NCBI GenBank assembly: GCA_035624865.1
Contig: DASPQS010000173.1
Span: 1-30,437 of the forward strand
Direction of reading: 5' to 3'
Length of the DNA: 30,437 nt
Source: Candidatus Binataceae bacterium
GTDB taxonomy: Bacteria > Desulfobacterota > Binatia > Binatales > Binataceae
Part shown: in pieces, positions 1-9,171 of the stretch
Position numbering within the stretch: the stretch's first letter is position 1
Layout: every line of letters starts with the position of its first letter
The notes under the pieces: model-generated
Database searches by the model: none
What the model was told of the DNA's origin: nothing
What the model saw: the letters and a program-made list of their open reading frames with translations, nothing else
Translations under genes and position numbers: made by a program

Positions 1-627
1 GCCCAGCTCGAGGAGCGCAGGCGCAACCCGCGCGAGGATTTACTCACCGACCTGCTGAACGCCCGAGTCCAGGGCGAAGCGCCGCTCACCATGCCCGAGA
101 TGCTGAGCATCCTGAAGCAGCTGCTAATCGGGGGCAATGAAACCTCGACCAACCTAATCGGCAGCATGATGCTGGCGCTGATGAACAGCCCCGATCAACT
201 CGAGGCTGTGCGCAGGGATCGCGGCCTCGAGCAGAACGCGGTCGAGGAGGCGCTGCGGCTGGACGCCCCGGTCCAGGGGCTCTTCCGTTCCGCGACCGAG
301 GAAGTTGAGATAGGGGGCGTGAGGATTCCCAAGGGGGCCCATCTCGAGCTGCTCTATGCTTCGGGCAACCGCGACGATTCACGGTTTCATGATCCAGACC
401 GCTTTGACGTGCGTCGGCGCGAGTCAAGCAACCATATGGCCTTCGGCTTCGGGATCCATTTCTGCATCGGCGCACCGTTGGCCCGCTACGAGGGCCGGGT
501 CGCGCTGGATGTGCTCCTCGACCGCCTGCCCAACCTGCGATTGTCCCCGGGCCAGACGTTTGAGCATCATCCGCACTTCTTCCTGCGCGGCTTGAAGCAT
601 TTGCGGCTCGAATGGGACATTGCTTGA
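1..627 (+). CDS. Cytochrome P450, C-terminal part (5' end outside window)
   Basis: Frame 1 is open from base 1 (AQLEERRRNPREDLLTDLL...). Contains I-helix GGNETST, ExxR (EEALR), PDRF and the heme-Cys motif FGFGIHFCIG. Confidence 0.95.
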   Translation, partial: AQLEERRRNPREDLLTDLLNARVQGEAPLTMPEMLSILKQLLIGGNETSTNLIGSMMLALMNSPDQLEAVRRDRGLEQNAVEEALRLDAPVQGLFRSATEEVEIGGVRIPKGAHLELLYASGNRDDSRFHDPDRFDVRRRESSNHMAFGFGIHFCIGAPLARYEGRVALDVLLDRLPNLRLSPGQTFEHHPHFFLRGLKHLRLEWDIA

Positions 628-794
628 CCGCGAGGGTTTGGCGAACACAGTTGGCGATCGCCGAACGTTTATCAAAAGATCATCGTAGGCCGAACCAGAC
701 CTGATAACGCGTTGTGCCGTGTGCCGTCGCTGCGATATCATCTACGCTTCCCGCAACCAGGAGCGTTCATAGGCCACACGCGCTTGAACTTTCA

Positions 795-2498
795 ATGAAA
801 AAGCTGACAGGTGCTCAAATCGTAGTCGAGAGCCTTATCGCCGAGGGTGTCGACGTCATTTTTGGCTACCCAGGTGGCGCGATTCTGCCCACCTATGACG
901 CGCTGCTCGGCTCGAAGATGAAGCACGTCCTCGTCCGGCACGAACAGGGTGCGACCCACATGGCCGAGGGATACGCCAGGGTCAGTGGCCGTCCTGGCGT
1001 AGTCATCGTAACTTCGGGTCCGGGGGCGACCAACACCGTCACCGGTATTGCCGATGCATACATGGACTCGACCCCGATGGTGGTGCTGTCGGGGCAGGTA
1101 TCGACCTCGCTTATTGGCAACGACGCCTTCCAGGAGGCCGACATCGTTGGCATCACGCGTCCCTGCACCAAGCATAACTACCTGGTCAAGGACGTCCGCG
1201 ACCTGGCCCGCATCGTCAAGGAAGCCTTTTACATCGCCGGCAGCGGTCGGCCCGGCCCCGTGGTGGTCGACCTGCCTAAAGACGTCCAGCAGGCGGAACA
1301 CAGCTTCAAGTACCCGGACAAGGTCGACCTACGCAGCTACAAGCCAACGATCCGGGGCAACCCGCGCCAGATTGAGCGAGCGATCGAAGCAATCGAAAAG
1401 AGCGAGAAGCCGCTCTTCTACGTCGGTGGCGGAGTGCAATGGTCGGGGGCGGCGCCCGAACTGACGCAACTGGCCCGCGGCCTCGGCATCCCGGTATGCG
1501 AAACCCTGATGGGCCTAGGTTCGTTCCCGGCTTCCGATCCGCTCTGCCTCGGAATGCTTGGGATGCATGGCTCGTACGGGACTAACACGGCGGTATGCAA
1601 CACCGACTGCCTGATCGCGGTGGGTGCGCGCTTCGACGACCGCGTCACCGGCCGTATCGCCGATTTCGCGCCCAAGGCCGAGAGCATTATCCACGTCGAC
1701 ATCGATCCGTCCTCGATTTCCAAGAACGTGAAGGTCGACGTTCCGATCGTGGGCGACATCAAGTCGGTGCTCACCGATTTCCTGAAGGAAGTTCGCTCGC
1801 GCGAGGGTATCGCCAGGCACAAGGCCAAGTGGGCCAAGTGGCATCAGCAGATTCTGGAATGGAAGCGCGAGCGGCCACTCTATCAAAATGAGAATCATAG
1901 CGAACGTGAATCGGTCTCGCCCCTGCACGTGATCGAGGAAATGCACAACCTGACCAAGGGCGACTGCATCATCGCGACCGACGTCGGACAGCATCAGATG
2001 TGGATCGCGCAGCTGTTTCCGTTCGAGCGTCCTCGTTCCCTGCTTACCTCGGGTGGCCTGGGCACGATGGGCTACGGCTTGCCGGCCGGAATCGGCGCCA
2101 AGTTCGCGGCGCCGGACCGCAGAGTGATCGTCGTCTCCGGCGACGGTTCCATCCAGATGAATATCCAGGAGCTAGGCACCGCCGTTCAGTACGGCGTCGA
2201 CATTAAAGTCGTCATCCTGAACAATCACTTCCTCGGAATGGTGCGGCAGTGGCAGGAGCGGTTCTACGATGAGCGCTACTCCTACAGCGCGATGTCGGTG
2301 CCTAACTTTGTCAAGCTCGCCGACGCGTACGGCGCCAAGGGTTTTCGCATCGAGAAATCCAAGGAGCTGGCCAAGACCCTGAAGGATGCGTTCGCCACGC
2401 CGGGCCCGGTTCTTATCGACGTCGTCATCCCGAAGGAGGAGGCTGTGATGCCGATGATTCCTCCAGGCGGTGCGATGTCGGAAATGCTGTTCGCGTAG
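795..2498 (+). CDS. ilvB: Acetolactate synthase (AHAS) large catalytic subunit, biosynthetic type
   Basis: Typical N-terminus MKKLTGAQIVVESL from ATG 795. Motifs IFGYPGGAILP, RHEQ, SGPGATN, LGMLGMHG, GARFDDRVTG, ThDP motif GDGSIQM...NN, and GMVRQWQ. Confidence 0.95.
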   Translation: MKKLTGAQIVVESLIAEGVDVIFGYPGGAILPTYDALLGSKMKHVLVRHEQGATHMAEGYARVSGRPGVVIVTSGPGATNTVTGIADAYMDSTPMVVLSGQVSTSLIGNDAFQEADIVGITRPCTKHNYLVKDVRDLARIVKEAFYIAGSGRPGPVVVDLPKDVQQAEHSFKYPDKVDLRSYKPTIRGNPRQIERAIEAIEKSEKPLFYVGGGVQWSGAAPELTQLARGLGIPVCETLMGLGSFPASDPLCLGMLGMHGSYGTNTAVCNTDCLIAVGARFDDRVTGRIADFAPKAESIIHVDIDPSSISKNVKVDVPIVGDIKSVLTDFLKEVRSREGIARHKAKWAKWHQQILEWKRERPLYQNENHSERESVSPLHVIEEMHNLTKGDCIIATDVGQHQMWIAQLFPFERPRSLLTSGGLGTMGYGLPAGIGAKFAAPDRRVIVVSGDGSIQMNIQELGTAVQYGVDIKVVILNNHFLGMVRQWQERFYDERYSYSAMSVPNFVKLADAYGAKGFRIEKSKELAKTLKDAFATPGPVLIDVVIPKEEAVMPMIPPGGAMSEMLFA

Positions 2499-2616
2499 AC
2501 TGCGCAGAGCTTAACCATCGAGCTGATAGAGCGAGGCAGCGGAGGTCGCTTTCCTTTCCCTTTTTTCCCGAGAGTCGGTAGGCTGAGCGAAATCAGCAAA
2601 CGCGGAGGATCCCACG

Positions 2617-3162
2617 ATGGCGGCTCGGCTACCTTATCTTACCCGCAACGATCTGCCCGAGGACGATCGCGGCATCTGGGACGATTTCGTCAAGGTCCGC
2701 GGCACCGAGCCCGGCCATATCCATCGCACTGTCGCCAACGCGCCCAACCTGTTGCGCCGTTTCGTCGACCTCGCCAATGAATTGCGTAATGGCACACAGC
2801 TCGATCCCAAACTGCGCGAGCTTGCACTGATGACGGTGGGCCGGCTGACCGGCGCCGACTACGAATTCACACATCACTGGAACATGTCGCTACGTGTCGG
2901 GGTGAAGCGCGAGCAGCTTGAACATCTGGCTGATTTCGAGACCTCCCCGGCGTTCAACGACCATGAACGCGCGGTGATCCGCTACGCGGTCGAGGCGACG
3001 CGGGACGTAAAGGTCAGCGACGCGACCTTCAACGCATTGCGCGGGTTCCTCGACAACCGCCGTATCATGGATCTGGTGATGAATGTTGCCTTCTACAATT
3101 CCGTTGCTCGCGTGATTGTCCCGTGTGGCGTGGAACTCGAGCCCGGCGCTAAAAGGAACTGA
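2617..3162 (+). CDS. Carboxymuconolactone decarboxylase (CMD)/AhpD-fold protein, copy 1
   Basis: RLPY start, LDPKLRELA and YEFTHH core typical of the family; no CxxC. GGAGG ribosome-binding site before the ATG. Confidence 0.85.
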   Translation: MAARLPYLTRNDLPEDDRGIWDDFVKVRGTEPGHIHRTVANAPNLLRRFVDLANELRNGTQLDPKLRELALMTVGRLTGADYEFTHHWNMSLRVGVKREQLEHLADFETSPAFNDHERAVIRYAVEATRDVKVSDATFNALRGFLDNRRIMDLVMNVAFYNSVARVIVPCGVELEPGAKRN

Positions 3163-3192
3163 CCCCGAGCCTGACTACTGGAGGTCATACCG

Positions 3193-3741
3193 ATGGCAGC
3201 ACGGCTTCCCTATGTTGATCGCGAAGGTCTGCCCGAAGCTGACCGCGACATCTACGACCGTCTCGTGCGGGAGCGCGGAGGTGCTCCAGTCGGCAATATC
3301 TTCCGCACGCTCGCCAACGCTCCCAACCTGCTGCGGCGGTTCAATGCCCTTGGCGGCGAGCTGCGCAACGGGACCCAGCTTGATCCGAAGTTGCGTGAAC
3401 TCGCACTGGTGACGGTCGGCCGCCTGACCAACGCCGACTACGAGTTCACGCATCACTGGAATATTTCGTTGCAGGTCGGCGTCAAACGCGAGCAGCTCGA
3501 GCATCTGGCGGAGTTCGAGACGTCGCCGCTGTTCAACGATCACGAACGCGCAGTGATGCGTTACGCGCTAGAGGCAACGCGTGACGTCAAAGTCAGTGAC
3601 GGGGTCTTCGACGGCTTGCGCGGATTTCTCGACAACCGCCGTATCATGGATCTGGTGATGAACGTCGCATTTTACAATGCCGTGGTGCGCATCCTGGTGC
3701 CATGCGGTGTGGAGCTGGAACCTGGAGCCAAAAGGAACTAA
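3193..3741 (+). CDS. CMD/AhpD-fold protein, copy 2 (tandem paralog)
   Basis: About 79% identical to copy 1 (38 differences over 182 aligned positions, counted by hand). GGAGG ribosome-binding site. Confidence 0.85.
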   Translation: MAARLPYVDREGLPEADRDIYDRLVRERGGAPVGNIFRTLANAPNLLRRFNALGGELRNGTQLDPKLRELALVTVGRLTNADYEFTHHWNISLQVGVKREQLEHLAEFETSPLFNDHERAVMRYALEATRDVKVSDGVFDGLRGFLDNRRIMDLVMNVAFYNAVVRILVPCGVELEPGAKRN

Positions 3742-3825
3742 AGATCTGGCGAAACTCTTGACTTTGTCGGACCAGAAGTGGAACTTTCCATCAGTGGTAC
3801 TCTAACCTAACGCGGAGATCTGCTA

Positions 3826-5535
3826 ATGCCAGAATTCGACCTAGTGGTTAAAAACGGGATGATCGTGGACGGAACGCTCGCGCCGCGTTTCCGTGACGAC
3901 ATCGGAATCAAAAACGGGCGCATTGCCAAAATTGGGCGAATCATGCCCCATGAGGCGTCGAAGGTTATCGAAGCCGACGGCTTGGTTGTCGCCCCCGGCT
4001 TTATCGACCTGCACACCCATTACGATGCGCAAATCTTCTGGGATCCGTATCTGACGATCTCGGGCTGGCATGGAATAACCTCTGTCGTCCTCGGCAATTG
4101 CGGGTTCGGCTTCGCACCCGTCAAGCCCCAGGACGTCGAGCGTTCGATGCTCACGATGGTCCGCACCGAGGCGATTCCATTGCGTTCGATGCAGGCGGCC
4201 CTCAAGTTTAGCTGGGAAACCTATCCTCAGTTCATGGATGCGCTGGATCGCCAGCCCAAGGGCATCAACCTGCTCCCGTACGTTCCGATGAATCCGCTGC
4301 TGGGCTACGTTATGGGTATTGACGAGTCCAAGACCGGACGGATGCCGACGGACGCAGAGCACGCCACGATGCGCCGCTTGCTGAACGAGGCGATGGACGC
4401 GGGTGCATGCGGATGGTCTGCGCAGCGTTTGGTACCCGACGGCCCGTCGTCCGTGCAGCGCGATTTTGACGGCTCGCCGATGAACACCGACCTTATGCAC
4501 GACGAGACCTGTATCGAGATGGCGAAGGTGTTGGGCGAGCGCGGCGAAGGCTTCCAGGAGCTGACGCTTTCGAGCTGGGATCCCAAGAAGGACGCCAAGC
4601 ATTTCGAGTTGCTCGCCGAGATCAGCGGCCGCCCCATCATGTTCGAGGCCGTCGCGACGCAGGACCGCTTCCCGCACCGCCATCGCAACACCTTGAAGTG
4701 GCTCGAGCGCTGCCGCCAGCGCGGACTCCGCGTTTACGGGCAGGGTGTCACGACCGACGCCGGCCTGAGCTTCACCTTTGAGGACTGGAACCTGTTCGAC
4801 GACTCCGACTCCTGGCGCGAAGCGACCACCGGCACGGTGGCTGAGCGCAGGGAAAAGCTCGGTGATCCCCGGCGGCGCCAGGCCTTGAAAGACCAGATGC
4901 CGCGCGAAAGCCTGATCACCAGTTATTTCGACGAGATCATCATCACCGATTGCGTGAAGGCGGAGAATAAGAACCTCGAGGGTCTGACCCTGCGCAAGGC
5001 CGCCGCGCAAACCGGCAAGCATCCGGTTGACGTGATGCTCGACCTCGCGGTCTCCGAAGACCTCAAGACCGAGTTCTTCGCTCCCGCCGTCAACCAGAAC
5101 ATGGATCTGATGAAGGAACTGATCGATACGCCGTCGATCGCATTTGGTGTTAGCGACGGTGGCGCGCACACTAAGTTCCTGACCGCCGGCCGTTTCCCGA
5201 CCGAGGGTATCGTGAAGTACGTGCGGGAGAAGCAGTGGCTCAGCCTCGAGCAGATTCATTGGAGACTGAGCGCGTTGCCTGCGTTCTGCGCGGGCTTCAA
5301 GGATCGTGGATTCCTGCGCGAGGGTGCGCCGGCCGACATCGTGGTTTACGATTTCGAGAACCTTAAAGTGACGCCGATCGAAATTCTCCACGATCTGCCG
5401 GGCGACGAGTGGCGCCGCGTGCAGAAGGCCGAAGGCTACAAGTGGATCATCGTCAATGGCGAGGTCACCTTCAAAGACGGCGCCTGCACCGGGGCGACCC
5501 CGGGTAGGCTGCTGCGCCACGGCGTGAGCGCCTGA
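3826..5535 (+). CDS. Amidohydrolase, N-acyl-D-amino-acid deacylase-like family
   Basis: DLVVKNGMIVDG, PGFIDLHTHYD (HxH), GNCG, SDGGAH, G..REGAPADIVVYD, IVNG..T...G..TGATPGRLLR. Confidence 0.9.
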   Translation: MPEFDLVVKNGMIVDGTLAPRFRDDIGIKNGRIAKIGRIMPHEASKVIEADGLVVAPGFIDLHTHYDAQIFWDPYLTISGWHGITSVVLGNCGFGFAPVKPQDVERSMLTMVRTEAIPLRSMQAALKFSWETYPQFMDALDRQPKGINLLPYVPMNPLLGYVMGIDESKTGRMPTDAEHATMRRLLNEAMDAGACGWSAQRLVPDGPSSVQRDFDGSPMNTDLMHDETCIEMAKVLGERGEGFQELTLSSWDPKKDAKHFELLAEISGRPIMFEAVATQDRFPHRHRNTLKWLERCRQRGLRVYGQGVTTDAGLSFTFEDWNLFDDSDSWREATTGTVAERREKLGDPRRRQALKDQMPRESLITSYFDEIIITDCVKAENKNLEGLTLRKAAAQTGKHPVDVMLDLAVSEDLKTEFFAPAVNQNMDLMKELIDTPSIAFGVSDGGAHTKFLTAGRFPTEGIVKYVREKQWLSLEQIHWRLSALPAFCAGFKDRGFLREGAPADIVVYDFENLKVTPIEILHDLPGDEWRRVQKAEGYKWIIVNGEVTFKDGACTGATPGRLLRHGVSA

Positions 5536-5560
5536 GCCCCACGGCAACCGAGTAGCGATT

Positions 5561-5604
5561 GAAAGAAAAGGCGGCGGGATTTCTCCCGCCGCCTTTTTCC
5601 TTTC
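5561..5604. terminator. Bidirectional intrinsic terminator between convergent amidohydrolase and acyl-CoA ligase genes
   Basis: Perfect 14-bp stem AAAAGGCGGCGGGA (5566-5579), loop TTTC, TCCCGCCGCCTTTT (5584-5597), with T-runs on both strands. Confidence 0.9.
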
Positions 5605-5756
5605 TGTCGCGGGCCGCGCCGACCCCGGGTGCTGCTTCGCTTCGATTAAGGTTCTGGCGTTGGCGCGCGAGTGATCTAGAAGTCGCCGCGTTTGACCCTC
5701 GCCATCAGTTTCTCGCGCTTCGCGACCGACCAAGACTGGCTCCGCCCGAAGCTGGT

Positions 5757-7535
5757 TCAGCCGCCGTACATCGCCTCGATTTGCGCGCGGTAATGCTCCT
5801 GAACGACCTTGCGGCGCAGCTTAAGGGTCGGCGTCAGTTCGCCGTTATCTTGCGAAAACGGGCGGGCGGTCAGCGTAAAGTCGACGATCGCCTCGACGTC
5901 CGAGAGCGGCCGGTTGAATTCGCGAATCCGCGCGTGAAAGAATTCGCGCACTTTTGCCTCGTTCACCAGTTGTTCAGGGTCCTTGCCCTCGAGTTGAAGT
6001 CCCTTCAGTTGCGCGGCGAGGCTCTCAAAGTCCGGCACCAGGATCGCCGCCAGATGCTTGCGGCGGTCGCCGACGACACAGGCCTGCGCGATATATGGGT
6101 CGCTCGCCAGCCGGGTCTCCAGATTTGCCGGCGAGATATTTTTACCTCCCGAGAGGACAATGATTTCCTTCTTGCGGTCGGTGATACGGATGAAACCCTC
6201 GCCGTCGATTTGTGCCACATCACCAGTGTGAAGCCAGCCCGCGCTGTCGATCGCTTCGCGGCTTTCGGCTTCGCGCCCGTAATAACCTCTCATCACGTTG
6301 GCCCCGCGCACCAACAGTTCACCGTCCGCCGCGGTTTTCACTTCGATATCCTTGAGGGGACGGCCGACGGTGCCGATCCGGGTCTGCCCATGCAAGTTGC
6401 ACGAGACCACCGGTGCTGCCTCGGTCAGTCCGTAGCCCTCTACGATTGGAACTTCGGCAGCGGCCAGGAAACGGTTGATCTCGACCGGCAAAGGCGCGCC
6501 CCCCGAAATCAGATAGCGCAGGCGCCGGCCGAAAATTGCCCGTATTTTGTCGAAGACCAGCCGGCGGAAGACCGGCATCGCGGCGCGCAGGTGCGGCGGC
6601 AGAGCACGCCCGTGGTGACGATACTCGGTGGCTCGGGCGCCGATCGCGATCGCGGCGCGGAAAATTTTCTGCCGCAACACGGGCGAGGCCTCGACTGTCC
6701 GCATAACGCGGCTGTATATGACCTCGAGTAACCGCGGTACCGTCAGCACTACCGTGGGCTCGACTTCGAGGAGATTCTGCGCGATCTGACCCAGTCCTTC
6801 CGCGTAGTTGATCGTGCCGCCGGCCGCCATCACCGTGTAATAGCCTGCGGTGCGCTCGAACGAGTGAGCTACCGGAAGGAAAGAAAGCGTACTATCCGTC
6901 TCGTCGAGCCCCAGCGCAGCGAGATTCGAAGCGCAATTGGCCAGGATGTTCCGGTGCGATAGCATCGCCCCTTTCGGCGGTCCGGTGGTGCCCGAGGTAT
7001 AGATAAAGGTTGCAAGGTCGTCACCGCTGCCTTCGATCGCAGAGACAGGGTCAAAATTGCTCGCGTGCTCCAATGTGATTATCCTGGCCCCGTTGCTCTC
7101 GCCCGGCACAGCTCCCGGATGCAGTGTTATGATGCCTTCGACGTCCGGCAAAGCCGACGCGATTTGCCCCACTTTTCGAACCAGATGGTCCCCGCTTACC
7201 GCGATCAGGCGGGCCCCTGAATCCGCGATAACGTGCCGGGTCTCCTCTACCCCGCTCGTGGTGTAAAGCGGTACGACTACGGCTCCGGCGCCGAGCACGG
7301 CCTGGTCGACCACCACCCATTGCGGCGAGTTCTCCGAAAGGATGGCGACACGGTCGCCCGGTTGGAGGCCCAGCCGGATCAGGCCGCCGCGCAAACGCAT
7401 CGCCCGCTGGGCTATATCGCTCCACGAATGGTCGCGCCAGGAGCTTTCATAACGATCGCGCAGGAACGCTCGCCCGCTGTACTTCCGCGCCAGCCGTTCA
7501 AAAATTTGGGCCAAGCTCGCCGCTGCGCTCGCCAT
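5757..7535 (-). CDS. Long-chain fatty-acid--CoA ligase (AMP-dependent synthetase)
   Basis: YTSGTTGPPKG AMP-binding motif, FLPVAHSFER, SGGAPL, EGYGLTE, WLHTGD, DRKKEII, LTPTLKLRR. GGGAGGG ribosome-binding site. Confidence 0.95.
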   Translation of the reverse strand: MASAAASLAQIFERLARKYSGRAFLRDRYESSWRDHSWSDIAQRAMRLRGGLIRLGLQPGDRVAILSENSPQWVVVDQAVLGAGAVVVPLYTTSGVEETRHVIADSGARLIAVSGDHLVRKVGQIASALPDVEGIITLHPGAVPGESNGARIITLEHASNFDPVSAIEGSGDDLATFIYTSGTTGPPKGAMLSHRNILANCASNLAALGLDETDSTLSFLPVAHSFERTAGYYTVMAAGGTINYAEGLGQIAQNLLEVEPTVVLTVPRLLEVIYSRVMRTVEASPVLRQKIFRAAIAIGARATEYRHHGRALPPHLRAAMPVFRRLVFDKIRAIFGRRLRYLISGGAPLPVEINRFLAAAEVPIVEGYGLTEAAPVVSCNLHGQTRIGTVGRPLKDIEVKTAADGELLVRGANVMRGYYGREAESREAIDSAGWLHTGDVAQIDGEGFIRITDRKKEIIVLSGGKNISPANLETRLASDPYIAQACVVGDRRKHLAAILVPDFESLAAQLKGLQLEGKDPEQLVNEAKVREFFHARIREFNRPLSDVEAIVDFTLTARPFSQDNGELTPTLKLRRKVVQEHYRAQIEAMYGG

Positions 7536-7749
7536 TCAATCCCTCCCGCCGCTCAAGCATTGCGCCTCGATTTGTAGTCAAAACGCGAGCCAACTGCTAT
7601 CGCTCTGGCCGAGCCGGGCCGATCCGTCTCAGCTTCTTGCGGCGTCAAACCGCGGCGGGCTGGGCCTCAAAATAGGCGTTCCATTGCAGGTCAGCTATCT
7701 ATTACTATTACCGCCTGTGACTGTCCGACGTGAGCAAGGAACCCAAGAG

Positions 7750-9000
7750 ATGACTCTTGAACAAATCGACCTGATCGACCTCGACTTCTTCGTTCGTGGC
7801 GATATGTACGAAGCGTTTAAGCTGCTGCGGGAGCGGGACCCGGTTCACTGGCAGCAGCGTCAGCCTGGCCGCAGCTTCTGGTCACTTACCCGCTATGAGG
7901 ACGTGCTCGCGGTCTATCGCGACGCCAACAACTTCAGTTCCGTACTGGGCGTCACTCTATACTTCGGCAAACCCGAACCTGACCGGTCAGGTTTGGGCCG
8001 GATGATGATCATGACCGATCCACCGCGGCATGCGAAAGTACGCCAGGTGGTGAGCCGCCGTTTTACCCCGAGGGCCGTGGCGCTGTACGAGAGCCGGATC
8101 CGCCAGATCGCCTCCGAGATCGTCGACTCGATTATCGAGCGCGGTGAATGTGACTTCGTGGTTGATGTGGCGGCCAAATTGCCGACCGCCGCAATCTGCG
8201 AGTTGATGGGGATTCAGCGCGAGCACTGGGATCTGATGTTTACCATTGCGAATCAGTCCGTCGGCCGCCACGACGAAGAGTATTCGATGGGACGGACCGG
8301 GCGCGACACCATGTATGACGCCCAGGCGCAGGCCGCTGAGTTCTTCATCAAGGAAGCGGAAAAACGCAGGCGCAAGCCGACCGATGACCTGATTAGCGCT
8401 ATCGTTCACGGCTCAGTGATGGGCGAAGCGCTCGCGCCCCCGGATATAGTGGCGAACTGCTGGATGCTTATCCTCGGCGGCCAGGAGACCACCCGCAATG
8501 CGATTTCCGGTGCGATGCTGGCCCTGGTGCAAAACCCCGATGAGCGCGAAAAGTTCTATGCGGATCCGGATCCGGCGGCGCCTCTCGCTATCGAGGAATT
8601 CTTGCGCTGGACCTCGCCGGTCACTCATATCATGCGTACTGCTATGAGCGACATGACCATCCGTGGCGAGAAAATCCGTGCGGGCGACCGCGTGGTGCTG
8701 TGGAACGCCTCGGCGAACCGGGATGAAGCACAGTTTCCGGACCCCGACCGTTTCGATGTGCAACGGAGCCCAAACGAACATCTGGCCTTCGGTTACGGCG
8801 AGCACTTTTGCCTCGGCGCGAATCTCGCCCGCCTCGAGATGCGGGTGATGTTTGAAGAATTGGCGCGACGAATTCCCGACATCGAAATTGCTGGACCGGT
8901 CGAGCGTCTTCGCTCCAATTTTGTTGCCGGGATCAAGCATATGCCGGTGAGATTCACGCCCCATGCCGTGGAACGCGCGAAGCCCGTATCCGCCGCATAA
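7750..9000 (+). CDS. Cytochrome P450 (resembles CYP125/CYP142-like lipid or steroid oxidases)
   Basis: FWSLTRYEDV, DPPRHAKVR, GGQETT, EEFLR, PDRFD, FGYGEHFCLG. ATG 7750 is preferred over the TTG at 7684. Confidence 0.93.
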   Translation: MTLEQIDLIDLDFFVRGDMYEAFKLLRERDPVHWQQRQPGRSFWSLTRYEDVLAVYRDANNFSSVLGVTLYFGKPEPDRSGLGRMMIMTDPPRHAKVRQVVSRRFTPRAVALYESRIRQIASEIVDSIIERGECDFVVDVAAKLPTAAICELMGIQREHWDLMFTIANQSVGRHDEEYSMGRTGRDTMYDAQAQAAEFFIKEAEKRRRKPTDDLISAIVHGSVMGEALAPPDIVANCWMLILGGQETTRNAISGAMLALVQNPDEREKFYADPDPAAPLAIEEFLRWTSPVTHIMRTAMSDMTIRGEKIRAGDRVVLWNASANRDEAQFPDPDRFDVQRSPNEHLAFGYGEHFCLGANLARLEMRVMFEELARRIPDIEIAGPVERLRSNFVAGIKHMPVRFTPHAVERAKPVSAA

Positions 9001-9171
9001 GCCAGCGACGCGCCGTTAATTTAAAGGATTACTTGAGCCTTCAGCGGTTGGCTCATTGCCATCGCGAATGCTACTCTCGCTTCAGTTCTGCTTCTTTATC
9101 GTGCATCGGATGATTCGCCGGGCTAATAGCTGCGTGACTTGTCCGCATCGTCAGATGTCTTCGGTTGGCCT

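Noticed and set aside
628-794. Possible ilv attenuator or N-terminal extension from GTG 714
   Set aside because: No Leu/Val/Ile-rich leader peptide or terminator was found. Homology-like sequence begins at ATG 795.
2531-2568. Hairpin plus pyrimidine run after ilvB
   Set aside because: Only a 5-bp stem (AGCGA/TCGCT) with an 11-nt loop; too weak to call a terminator.
3781-3805. GAACTT...TCTAA resembling an RpoE-type ECF promoter
   Set aside because: The spacer is 14 nt rather than about 16.
3841-6731. Long alternative ORFs 3841..5733 (-) and 5559..6731 (+)
   Set aside because: Antisense shadows of the amidohydrolase and acyl-CoA ligase genes. They have no motifs and are expected in GC-rich DNA; one crosses a strong terminator.
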